Origin: Octopus bimaculoides
Lineage: Eukaryota
Reading direction: 5' to 3'
DNA: 64,000 nt
NCBI RefSeq assembly: GCF_001194135.2
Contig: NC_068992.1
Span: 7,235,479 to 7,299,478 of the forward strand
Shown: piece by piece, positions 51,691 to 64,000 of the stretch
How positions within the stretch are numbered: position 1 is the first letter of the stretch
Layout of the letters: each line of letters begins with the position of its first letter
Position numbers and translations under genes: made by a program
The notes under the pieces: generated by a model
The model's database searches: none
Told to the model about the DNA's origin: nothing
Seen by the model: the letters and a program-made list of their open reading frames with translations, nothing else

Positions 51691-53462
51691 TGAGAGAGAG
51701 CATTTGTAGAGGCATTGCATGATTGTTTCAAATGAATGTCATTCATTTCTCATATTCTGCAAATTCAAACATGTCTGGACATGTAGAAATATTACGTTGC
51801 TTGGAAACAGGTAAAGATTGGCAACAGGAAGAGTATCCAGCTGTAAAAGATCCAAGCATGAGAAAGTGGACACTAAAACGATAATGATGACCATGTTACG
51901 AAGAAAATCAACTTCTTTCAAGCAATGTTCAGCTTATGAGAGGTTGATATATTTTAAATAATTACATTAACTCTTTCCTCACCATATTTCAAACTAAACT
52001 CACTGCCCCTGCATTTCAATTAATTTTTAAAATAATCGATAATTTGAAGGGTAAAAGAAAAGACAAAAGTAAAATAACTTTTTCATTTTTAATTAAGAAA
52101 AGCATTGTTACATAAAATTATAATGAAAGGCTTTAATTTATATCTGTGGCTGGGAAGGGAATCTCAGAGGGTAGACATTCAGAAGAGGAAGATTTTGATA
52201 ATGTAACACTCTGCCTATCAGTTTCAATTAATTTCGCAAATAATCAAGAATTTGGAAGGATTTATTAAAGTAAAATAACTTTTTTTCTTTATTCTTAAAT
52301 TAGTGTTTGGAACGTAACTTAAAAGGTTCTTACTCAAAATTATAAAGCAAAGTTTTAATTTATATAAGAATGGTTTTAAAGTATGGGGGTTTTGTATTAT
52401 AGAATGAAAGACAAGATTTTATCAAAATGGTTAATATCACAGCATAATTGTAACTTTAATTTCTTCAGTAATAGAATTTTGGTGAAAATTTATGCTACCA
52501 CCAAGAACTTTGTAGCAGGTTAAAAATAAAATTGTGAAATTTATGCATCTTCTTTGTACTCCTTAATTTCAAGTTTCTAATCCCACCTTGTGAAGGGATA
52601 GTTATCTCCTTTGTATAACAGTCGTAACAAAGGTCACAACTAGAGGGCGTTACATGTACTTATACTATCATTTACTTGTTTATTACTTTTTTTTTCTCTG
52701 TTGTTCACTAAATGATTCATGCTTGTTATCTTTGTATATGTTGTACAACTTAGTCCAGACTAAACATCATTTTATGGCTGAGTCAAAATGAGGTCTTGTA
52801 CTCATCATCTTTGCAGAATCTTTGATAATGGTAAGGTTGATATACTTCATATTCAGCTTGAACATCTGTATGTCAACATCTGGAGGATAAAGGGATTCCA
52901 GAGGGATCACATGCTGGGAAAGGAGGATTGTATGAATTATTAGTGAGGATTGTAATCTACTTGGTATAAGTTTTCCCAATCCTCCCTGCTTAGATATTTC
53001 TTACAACATTTCTCATGAACATTTTGGAGAAGCTGTGGCTTTCAACATTGATGAGCATTTCTTCCTGTTTCAAGCCAATGAAAGAGATTCCGTGTGCTCA
53101 CTCAAAATAGCAGCTAAATTCTACTCATTTTATACCTTACCATCTTGAGAGAAGAGAAAGGATACATTGCATAGATGTCATCCTAGAAACATTGTGTCTG
53201 TAAATATGATGGGATCATCACAGTTTGAACATCCTTTGCCATAATATCTGCTTGATCAGGGTTGATTAAGGGCTCCATGAAAACAGTCCTATTTCTATTT
53301 CAAGTAATGTTTTGTCTTCTTTGTATATGTTGCTCCTGTCCTATCCAGCTTTTCTAGGTTCTAACCACAACAGCATTTATTTAGCCATATTTTTCTGGCT
53401 CTAACTATCTATCTATCTATCTATCTATCTCTGTCTCTCTCTCTCTGTCTAGCTATCTATCT

Positions 53463-53508
<46 letters not shown>

Positions 53509-55033
53509 TGTTTTCATATCAAGTTACATATATAGAAATAAAACAATTTGGCATAAAACTGAATTACTCAAAACATTTATTCAACTTTTACATAAAGAGG
53601 GGTGATAGTGACTTCAAAGTTTCAGCCAGCCAACCTTCATTAGAGAATTTGATGAAGGACAGCAGGTTGACATTTTGAAGTTATTGCCATCCTTCTTCCT
53701 ATAAAAGTTTAATAATATATATTACAAATGCGTGTGTATATTTATATGTATATGCACACATACATAACTTGGAGGCTTTATTTAATGGTTTCTTATAATC
53801 TCTATTTGAGAAGTTTTATTTTGCTTTTTCATTTACTTTGTTTTTATCATCAAATCCTTTGACATTCCTAATCATTATTTTATAATCTGATTGATTTTAA
53901 ACTATAGAAAATAGTTCCTAATTTGTTTATGTTTCCTTTTTGCCTTTTATTATCATTTATTATTCATCTCTTTTTTTTTCTTGGTATATGTATGAAACTT
54001 TTGTGTGTTGTGTCTAATAATCTACTTTTTAAAATTCTATTCTAGTTATTTACTTTGTAACAATTTTTCTAATTGGATGGCTCCTACTTTCCAATCTGTA
54101 TAATTTTTTATTTTTTCAGTTCACTTAATTTTCAGTCTTTTTACATCATTAAATTGTTTGGCTGATTACCATGACAACTAATATTTTCATTGAAATTACT
54201 TTTCTTCCTGGCATTATCTTCAGTTCCTTGTACTAAACCTAATTCACTTATATAGTATAGTCGTCATTTACATTTTTTTGTTTTAACTTTTCTTCAGTTG
54301 CATTTTGTACATGGCTTTCTGAGTCTATTTTTAAATCTGTGTGTGTGTGTATGTATGTATGTATGTATGTATGTATGTATGTATATATATAGTTTAATTA
54401 TTTGCAATTAACAGTATTACATCTACAGTCCCTCAGTCCTTTGTTTTGATATGAATGTTTGACAAAAGGACTGGCCAAATGCAACTACTGTATGGAGTGT
54501 ACAATCACTGTTTAGCCATCTATGTATCATACTTTAATGTCTCCCTATGATATTTATTGTGTTTTTAATACAGCTCATCCATAAGAAATGTCATCTCACG
54601 ATGAATAAAATAGCAGCTGGCTTATCAGCAGTGTATTTGCATTGACTCTGGTACATAGATGGCTTTTTAAAATTTAATACTGCCTGAATTGCATACGCTG
54701 GATTTTTAATCGCTGTTCATTTCACACAAATTAACATATAGAAAACACTATGCATTTCCCAAATAATTTTGTATTGAGCATTGCTTTAGTTTTGGTATCA
54801 CAAAATAAGCACATACATATATGTATAAGTGTGTGTGCATTTACTTGTTTTAATATGAGGAAACTTTCTACATATTATTTACTTGTTCATCTTGCCTATG
54901 TTATTAGTTTTCTTTTTTCATTATTTATTTATAGATTTGTTTATTTATTTTGGTGTCAAGACTTTATGCACTTCATCTATTTGCTGTCACTGAAGCTGTA
55001 GGCTCTGTATTAGATGTCCCCTCTTTATCAATA

Positions 55034-55070
<37 letters not shown>

Positions 55071-58000
55071 CATTATTCTCATTATTTATCATTGGCATCA
55101 GATGTGTTATAAAGCTGCCACTGAGTGTATGGTTTTTTCCCCTATTATTTTTGTGAGTAGAAATTGCATAATATTGTAACTATAGGTGAATTTAAATATG
55201 AATTAAAGAAATTCAAATAAACTGTTATTAGATACCATTTAGGAAGCAACTTCCAGTTGATATCACTGTTCATAAGTTATTTTCATTAATCTTTTAATAT
55301 TCTGATTTGATCAGTTTTGAGATTCTATCACAACATTGGGTAGAATGATATAAATGATAGAGTGGAGCATGCAGTAGAATAAATTGTTATGATAATGAAG
55401 GTTTCCACAGTGTTTTTTGATTGTGTGAAAAAAAATAAGTGAATGAATTGTTTGAAGGAATTTTATGAAAGCCACATAAATTGAAAATGCATCGACAGGC
55501 AATTGCAGCTTGGGCTTGGGTACCGGCAACAGGTACAGTTGCTTGACTTACTCGAAATAACATCCAGATTTCCCATGTCATATTGTATCTTAGTGTCTTG
55601 AATAATAAAATGAAAGGGCATGTCCTGTAATACAGTGCTATATATAGATATCTGAAAAGACAAGATGGTCTGGGCTAAAATGCCTTTGGTCACTGTTATT
55701 CTCAGTCTGAGTTCACTTGGGACTAAACAACAGCAACAAAACAGCAATAAAAAAGAAAATCAATTGCGGCATCGGAAAGCATTGTACTGTTACTTGGCCT
55801 GATAGAAATAACAACCAAATCTCCCTCAAATCCAACCATATCATCATAAAAGAAAAACTACATAAGGCTCATTGGTTGAAGTAGTTTTAGATAAACTACG
55901 TCTGAAAATAGACTGGATGGTCATAGCTGGAAATTCTGCTCAATTAGGGTTTACTTGAAACTAAACCATATCAAGAAGAATTACAATAACAACATTAACT
56001 ACACTAACAACTGTAGAAGCCACATTGACAACAACATCTGCAATGATAATAACACAACTAACATTATTATCTGAAACAAGACAACAAGGGAGTCTCTATG
56101 CGGTTGCTCTACTTACTAGAAATAACAGCTAGATCAACCTATATCAAACTCTGCCATCTTAAAGAAAGAAAGACAAGCACATTAGATAATATAGTCTGAG
56201 GTATACTAATTTTAAATAGAAGACTGGATGGTCATGGCTAGTTTGTATTTAATCACAGATCAAGGCTGGTCTAGGGGCAAAACATAAACATCATCATCAT
56301 CAGAATTGGGTCAATGACAGCTAATCTGCAGCCGCACCATCATTGTCAGAAAAGGTCTACTTCGTTTTTTTTTCTATGAAAGACTGGACAACGTTTAAAT
56401 ATATTACTCGCAAAAGAGGGTTAGAATTGATGCTATTTTTCAGCAGTTTAAGCACCACATGAAGACAGGTTATTGTGAAAAAAAGACAAAATTGGATTAT
56501 TCTGATATTTACACTCCAAATTTTTTGAGAAAGCATTTGATATTCTTCTCAACAAAAGCATGGATAATTTCTCAAGCATTTGTGGTTCTCCAAATCAAGG
56601 TAGTTTAACATGTGATTGATGCTACCAAAAAATATGTACTATTAAGATATAACAATCTGACAATTATATTTCCTCTTCTTTCTCTAAAAAATTAAAATCA
56701 GAGATTTAGAATTTGTCTCATAAAAGAGTATTTCTAAATCAATGGTCTAATATTTATAAAATACATTATAATTTTCCCCTGAAAAGAATCAGTTAGAAAT
56801 AGTTTTGAAGTTTCATAAGTTAATTAATGACAAGTGAAAATTTTAAATACAACTCTCTGTAGTGTAGTTTTGAGGAAAAAGAGAGAGAGAGATAGAGGTT
56901 GGTGATAAAGTATAGGAAGTCTGTATAAGTCTATGGTCTTAATATACACTTAAAAATAGTTTGACATATAAAATAGTAACGACAACAACAATGGTGGAGG
57001 ACCTGAGAGAACTTACACGTAATTCAATCTGCTAAAAATAGAAACCACGCTCTTTTTTTAATCGAATGCAGGACTCAATGGGTAAGATATGAATATATAT
57101 AAAAATCAGGTTGGTCACTTGGAATGCCTTTGATCACAAGACTGCTTGGTTACGGTTGACTTTGGACTATTTAACAACAGTAGAAGCTTTCATTAGCATT
57201 GAAAATTATAACAAACACGACAATAACAAATACTATGATCAGATCAAGGACAACTGGAACCTCAAGAACATAATTAAAAGAAAAGTAGAACTACAACTGT
57301 AACGACAAAAAAGCTGGGCAAACAATGGACAAATTTAAAGAATATGTTAAGAGTTTTAGTGATGCCACCAGTAACATGGATGGAAGAACTGGATAAAAGT
57401 CTGCTGAAGAGAACACGTACAGGGTTGTTGGGTCGGTTAGAAATATCAGCTGAATCTAAGAGCAAACTATTTAAAAAATAAATAATAGAACACACTGGAG
57501 CGTATAGTTCTACTTTTGGTCATAGGTTTATGGGTTTGGGGGACCAAACAAGGAGCTCAGAGAGGGACTGCTGCTGAGTAATAGAAGTTTAATTCTAGTG
57601 CTAATACAGCAATATACCTTTAACAATGTCTTATGTTGTGAAGAAACAGCTAAAGATAAAGTTGCAACCAGGCCTCAGGCACAAAAAGAAACTAAAAGAA
57701 TAATGTAACTAGTGCCACAATAAAATGAAAAATAATAGAAACATAATCTCAGGTTCACAGTTGTCTGAAAGATTTAAAAATTGACTACAAAAAGAAATCT
57801 TGCTGGGAGAAGAAGAAAACTTGATTGCAAAATCCAAAGTAGACTAAATTATGTTTGATGCTGTAAAGAATGAAGAACTTCTTTGCTGAACTTTGAAGAA
57901 TTTCAGACACAGAGCTTTTGTCTCATTTTGAAGATGTGAAGATTTCTGACTCAGGGTAAGTTACTGCTTGTTTATTTTTGTCTTCTTTTCTCTAGATTTA

Positions 58001-58682
58001 GATGTACTGAAGATAAAGTATATAACTGTTATTTTGTTGCGTGTGGGGATAATAGAGTCTAAAATTAAAACAGAAACACTGAATGACAGGTTTCAGCTCT
58101 GATATAATAACTATATACTGGATAAATGTAAACTATTTGCTCCATTCAAAATTTTCTTTCAAGAGAAGTAAAAGTAGATGTGGTGGTGGTGGTGGTGGTG
58201 GTGGTGGTAGCTGTCCTTAGTGTCATCAGAAAGGCATTGTTTTTCAAGTGATGGCAGTATTCATGGAAAAGCAAGAGTATAGTTTGCTGGGGTTTTTTGT
58301 TCTCCAATAGGAACAGGACATTAATATATCTGTGTACCAGAGAACATATTGTAGACATTGTTTTGGCCAAGGGTCTACTGATATTTTAGACATAGGTGGT
58401 GTGACTATTGCTGACAAGGATAATGGAGCCTTTTCACTTTAGACATCACAATATAAAACCAGTGAAAATGACATCAGCTTTGACATAATGTCGTCATTGC
58501 AGAGCAGACTAACAAATATAAACGAAGGCAGATGGTAGACAAAATCATTGGAGCAACAGAAAAATGTCTTGTAGTAATTGCTCTGGCTCTTGGCATTGTG
58601 AGTTCAAGTCACACTCTGATCAGCTTTGTGTTTCATCCTTCAGGAGCTGATAAATAAAAGTACCAGTTAACTATTAGAATCT

Positions 58683-58725
<43 letters not shown>

Positions 58726-59284
58726 TTGTGCTCTCTCAGAACTGGTTACACAGCATGGTGAATGGCAATGAAGGAGGACTCGCATTGTCTCTTTCTTCCA
58801 AGAAGTTTAAGAGTATTGAGCTATGGACCAGCAAACTATTCTCATCTAATATGCTACAAAAATCATCCAAAAGAGATCAGAAAACATAAGAGACTGGTAT
58901 GCTATATGGCACAGAATGTCTTAAAAAGCAATAAATCTATATAAATAGTCTGAGAAAAGATATACAAAACAACAGAAATTTATTGTCATTAACTGTATTT
59001 AAAGCATTGCATTATAGAAGGATAATGAAAATGGTCAACCAACAACAAAACCTGGAAAATATATCTGTAACAAAGTTGTAATATCGTTAAATTTAACCAG
59101 TTTAACCAGACGATTCAGGTTCACTTAGCTTTGCTGGGGGCCTGATTTCATTATCTTATTTCATGTTTTACCTGTTTCTATGCTCATAATCATTTTATAT
59201 CCAAGCTATATTTACTTTCACAATAGAGACTCACACATACATGTGCACTCCAACCAATACAAGCTTAGAAAAATGAAAGCAAAA

Positions 59285-59425
59285 TAATGTGTGTGTGTGT
59301 GTGTGTACATACATGCACATGCATACATGTATACACACAGGCATACATGTATGTGTATGTATACATGCATACATGTATACATGCATACATGTATACACAC
59401 AGGCATACATATATGTGTGTGTGTT

Positions 59426-59469
<44 letters not shown>

Positions 59470-59470
59470 A
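59285..59470. repeat. Compound alternating purine-pyrimidine repeat with a ~30-bp higher-order duplication
   Basis: catgcatacatgtatacacacaggcatacat occurs twice amid (TG)n/(TA)n. Confidence 0.8.
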
Positions 59471-59866
59471 ATACAAGTATCAAACAACAAACGTACAGAT
59501 TTGTGTATATATTTGTGTGTAGATTTCATTAGCTGCTGTATTTCAATTGTACCATTGAGATTGTTGATTGTGTCTAATTATTTTACTGAAAGTGATTTAC
59601 TATCTATATAAGCTGACTTAATGGTTTGTGAAATTAGTACAATTGATGTTAATTAATACTTTCATAGTTTCTTGGTGCTTTGCTGTTGTTTGTCATTGAT
59701 TCTGTCAGTGTGTTGACATGTAATTGGTAGATAAATGGTTGTGATAGTATTGTGAAACAATTGGCTAAGTAGTGGTTCTTATGTTGCTAAGTTTGTAGAG
59801 AAAAATATGAGATATAAATAGATGGAGAGAAGAGATAGAAATCTGGAGTCTTGTCAGTATTTTTTG

Positions 59867-59900
<34 letters not shown>

Positions 59901-60879
59901 ATATCTCTCACTCACTGATATTTCTTACATTTTGCTTTCTCTCTTACACACACACACACACATACACACACTCTTTCTCTCGCTTTTTCTCTCCTCCCAC
60001 TCAACTATGCATTGCAATCAAATGTACAGTATAGAGTTAGTGATGTAGTTGTGATATGTAATCTGAATGAATTGGGAATAGAATTTGTGATTGTATATGT
60101 TTGTTGCTTGGATAAGACTATTGGCACATATCACTTGTACTGCTTTCATATGCTAGCATGAAAAAAAAACAGTTTTTTATCCCCTCGGGTGTCTCGCAGC
60201 CACTAAAGAAAGACATGGAAGGTGATTAACAGATGTTATTACCAAGACATCTTACTTGCAATCTAAAGACACAATTTTGGCTGACATAATAATAAAAATA
60301 ATAATAATAATAATTTCTTTACAAAGACTGAAGAATACAATTAAATCAAACCAATCACTTGACTTGCCCTTTCTTTTACCAACTACAGTAGTATTAATGA
60401 TTTTTAGCATAAAACTTTTCTCAAACATAATGAAAATAATAATATACCCTTCAGATTTAAAATATTTGCTTCTGAAGAACTCTTTTAAGTGAAAGCAAAG
60501 ATTACTTTGTAAAGGCATTAGAAATATGTCATAAATATATGCTCTGTGATGGTTATAATGTATAATTTGCATTAAAACTTCTATGGATTTTGGTTTCTTT
60601 GAATATTTGGTCAAGTAATATAAATACTTTTAACATGCACACACACACACACACTTTAAGGTTTCACCAACAGCAGGTCATCAGATAGTTTGATGAGCCA
60701 CTTTGAGGGAATTGTCTCCCTGCATTTTATTTGAATAATGTATGTATGTACGTATGTATGAGTGCATATATGTATGTATAATTGTGTGCATGTGTGTGTG
60801 TGTGTGTTTAAAAATTTGCTCTACAATCATTGGCCCCAGGTTGTTTTCCAGAAGGATGATCTAGGAACAAAATCACCCT

Positions 60880-61453
60880 ATTTAGAAATAATACATTTCT
60901 AAATCTCTCGGAGAGATTTATGCAGTAGTGATATGATGAAGTAGTTCTATGCTGTCAACTTAATGTGACAGTCCCTTGAAGGGAATAATACTACTGTTGG
61001 TTAGACCTAGGAAGCTGCACCGCTTCCTGTCAGCCTTGACAAATTTCCTGTGTCCTTATGTTTACAAGGGGACTGTCACATTAAGTTGACAGCATACAAC
61101 TACTTCATCGTATCACTACTGCATAAATCTCTCTGAGAGATTTAGAAATGTATTATTTCTAAATTTGAAATCAGTGAATGTATTTCACTTGAATTATTAT
61201 ATGTTTACAAGAGCTTGACAGGCATCTTCGACTAGCAGGTCATGCTACTCCAGACTGATTACGAGCAAAGACTCAGAAACATGTCTCTGGATGCAGGCTT
61301 AGCTGGGTGGAGGTGCTTGTCACCCCTTGTAAACATAAGGACACAGGAAATGTGTCAAGGCCGACAGGAAGCGGTGCAGCTTCCTAGGTCTAACCAACAG
61401 TAGTATTATTCCCTTCAGAGGACTGTCACATTAAGTTAACAGCATACAACTAC
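60880..61453 (+). mobile_element. Retrozyme/Penelope-pLTR-like element: 350-nt unit bounded by a direct repeat plus an inverted upstream duplicate
   Basis: 60880-60975 vs 61069-61164: inverted, 96 bp, 3 mismatches. 60941-61071 vs 61323-61453: inverted, about 6 mismatches. 61070-61103 vs 61420-61453: direct, 34 nt, 1 mismatch, period 350. Confidence 0.6.
61250..61290 (+). ncRNA. Type I hammerhead ribozyme-like motif with variant/decayed core
   Basis: Stem I CCAGA/UCUGG; core CUGAUUA (canonical CUGANGA); stem II GAG-caaaga-CUC; GAAAC; minimal stem III with palindrome ACAUGU; GUC cleavage triplet at 61283-61285. Confidence 0.6.
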
Positions 61454-63894
61454 AAAATCGCCATAGTTTAAACTTCTAATAAAAAAGATATTAAACTCTC
61501 TTGTATTTTGTATTGAGTACTACACATCAAAATAGTCCACTTTGATTGAACTAATTTTCTGAAGTGAACACATGAAATTACTCTTTCTCTCTCTTTCTTT
61601 CTCTCTTTCTCTCTCTCACACACACTCACAAACATTGAGTTAACAAGCAAAAGAAATAATTCTTAATGTATGTTGTAGAATATATTTATTTGTACAAAAC
61701 TGGTGATACACTTTGTTACCACTTAGCGATTTTTACTCCATGCAATTCCTCAGGCTACAACAAAAATTGTTATCGCCTGGGGTATCATCACATTGAAACC
61801 ATGATTAGCAGCAAAGGGAATCACCAGTTTCTTATACATGTGTGTATGTGTCTGCATGCAAGCACGTTTATGTGTGTTTGTATGTGTTAATGATGACTAT
61901 GTTATCAATGAGATTTGTGTTTCTAAAATTTGATTTTCAATGTTTTTAATAATTTTTTCAAGTGGTAGAACTATAGATGGTAGAACTGATGAAGCACCAG
62001 CCAAGATGCTGTGTGATATTTAGCTATATCTCTTAATTCAAACCAACCCAGGAATTTGATGAAATCAAATTTCTGTATCGATGAGATAAGTAACAGGGTT
62101 GATGTAATTGTGTGTCATTTTGTCTTTGGTTATGCTTATGTTAAGATTTCTTTGATATTTTAAATATTTTAAATATTGTTATGATTTTACGAAGTCTGTT
62201 CTGATTTACTGATAAAAAGTTTGCAATGTGGATGATTTTTGTGTACATCTCACTTTAAATTTGCATGAATAAATTTGTCATTTAGAAAGACGTAATCTTT
62301 TTTTTTTCAACTATATTATCAAATCTTCTACATTGTGCTCCTTGTGTCAGTCAGTCATATTTTGAAGGGTTAACTTTGCCTTCTATCCTTCTAGTGTTGA
62401 TAAGATAAGAATAAGTCAGGCACTAAAATTGACTAAATTAAACACAAATAAAATACCCAGGATATTGTTCATCTTTAAATTTGTGTTCCATACTATAAGT
62501 AATATAATATGCAGTTACTGTTCCTAAAGACTAACTAAAGCAGTTGTTTAAATTTTAGTCTGTTCTCAATAGGTACTAAACTCTACTGAATTTATGTGTC
62601 TCCTCACTCCCACAAAAAAAGGAATTATCATATATCTCTAATGTTGATTAATATTATCTGTATTAAGAATTCAATATATAAGGAAGAAATACCTTATTTG
62701 AAAAGTGCATCTTTCAAAAATAAATATTATTTAAAATCAAAGACATATATGACATTCATTCCGATTTGGTATAAAGAATGGAATACTTTGACAATGAAAA
62801 ACAATGCTATATGTTAATTTTCTAATATTAAATTTTACATTTTATTCTTAGATACTTATTTTTATCTCTTATTACCTTCAATATATCATTAAAAAAAAAA
62901 AAAAAGAAGTACGCCAAAGTTTCATATTCTGTAATTTAGAAATTTACCATATTTTCTTAGTAGTTCTTTACAGAACTAATTAGATTTAAATGAAAATCTG
63001 TTCCTAATGTATGCACAATTTCACACACACACACACACACACATTACCTATTTCCATGTTGGTATGGAAAAACTGATATGAAAGGAAAACAAATGAATAT
63101 ATAAATAAGTATATACATATATACAAATGTACATAGTTACATATTGCAGTAATTTTCACCTCAATAATAATGTATAGAGTTGCCTCAGTAAACATAAGTG
63201 AAAGTTTTTGTAGAACAAAAATCTTTTATAGCAAATCAGATTGAAAGTCATATTTTTTTGTTTTACATACATGAACAGAACATTACTAAATATTCATTAG
63301 ATTTTCTAAAACTTGTGTCTGTTCATAAACCAAAAGTAATAACAAACTAAAATATACCATGTTTTTGCTTCACTGTATGACATCTGGCAAAGAAAATACA
63401 AGGAACCAAGAGGAAATCTATTCTAATACGATGCAAGATTAACACTTGAACAGGTTTCTCACAAGCAAACAAGAAGACCTCTGTATGGTCACTCAAACTG
63501 TTAGAAATAGTTACCAAATCTCCTTCAGATTGTATCCCCTTAATGTACTACACAAAAATAAATACATTTTTTTTCATTCTTTATAACAACCAAACTTAAT
63601 GATACCTACAAACTCATTTAAGCTCTTTTTATTACTACTGTTGCCAATATAGACTTTTGACTGTTTTCTCATATTATGGATTTTTCCCAAATATTCAAAA
63701 TACTGTGTAATAATGCAGCAAACTGGCAGAACTGATGGCACATCATACAAAATGTTCAAATTCTAGTGTTGACTTTCATGCTTCCAGGCTCAATGAAATA
63801 AGAATCAGTCAAATACTAGGGTTGATATAATGACTTGTCTCATCCCTCAAAACTGTTGGCTTCGTGCCCAAATTAGAAAGAATTATTATTTTTA

Positions 63895-64000
63895 AAATAG
63901 CTATAGAAACCATGCCGAAGCAGATACTGGAACGCCATGCAGTTCTTGGGCCCTTCAGATCCTGTTAAAACATCCTACTCATGCCAGCATGATACATGGA
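63895..64000 (+). mobile_element. Degenerate RTE-type 3' tail repeat (runs off window)
   Basis: atagaaaccatgcc.aagcaga.actgg...catcc.actcatgccagcatg matches the tail family. Confidence 0.6.

Larger units (their letters stand above)
780..63560. repeat. Abundant old interspersed repeat family with core ctagaaatagcagccaaatctccctcaaatcacacc / ctgatcaagcagacctatgatc (span gives first to last copy)
   Basis: Degenerate copies in both orientations near 780-1020, 2200-2390, 4910-5110, 8100-8310, 10060-10230, 10500-10710, 26610-26790, 27530-27740, 47270-47400, 51140-51350, 53100-53290, 55600-55970, 56090-56290, 58850-58920 and 63490-63550. Family not named. Confidence 0.75.

Noticed and set aside
52770-53060. 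Possible LINE remnant (KQGGLG on the minus strand)
   Set aside because: A single short motif is insufficient.
55470-55535. MHRQAIAAWAWVPAT-G|gtacag as a signal-peptide first exon
   Set aside because: Weakly hydrophobic, with no downstream partner exon found.
57110-57900. Possible LINE endonuclease relic (VTWNA...)
   Set aside because: Only one short motif; I could not follow the other endonuclease motifs.
1356-59532. Most ORFs in the supplied track (HTHT, YIYI, CVCV, poly-X and similar)
   Set aside because: They are translations of microsatellites and N gaps, with no domain content or splice support.

Overview
AT-rich, microsatellite-dense, gapped eukaryotic draft sequence. The SINE/LINE families present suggest an octopod cephalopod (inference). 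The only supportable host gene is a + strand Dpr/ZIG-8-like Ig-domain cell-surface protein: two exons (16976-17100, 29146-29356) splice in frame into one complete Ig domain across a 12 kb intron. A candidate signal-peptide exon lies near 13.0 kb, and no second-Ig exon was found in the remaining 34 kb. The rest is intron/intergenic DNA filled with tRNA-head SINEs, RTE, R4/Dong and Tx1-like LINE fragments, mariner and maT (DD37D) relics, a Penelope GIY-YIG relic, MITE-like pieces and simple repeats. Almost all ORFs in the supplied track are microsatellite or N-gap artefacts. The most unusual object is at 60880-61453: a 350-nt unit bounded by a direct repeat and preceded by an inverted duplicate. 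It contains a type I hammerhead-like ribozyme (variant core, palindromic stem III) at the tip of a long G.U-rich rod, i.e. a candidate retrozyme/Penelope-type structured RNA element. Several perfect hairpins also occur in the Ig-gene introns.
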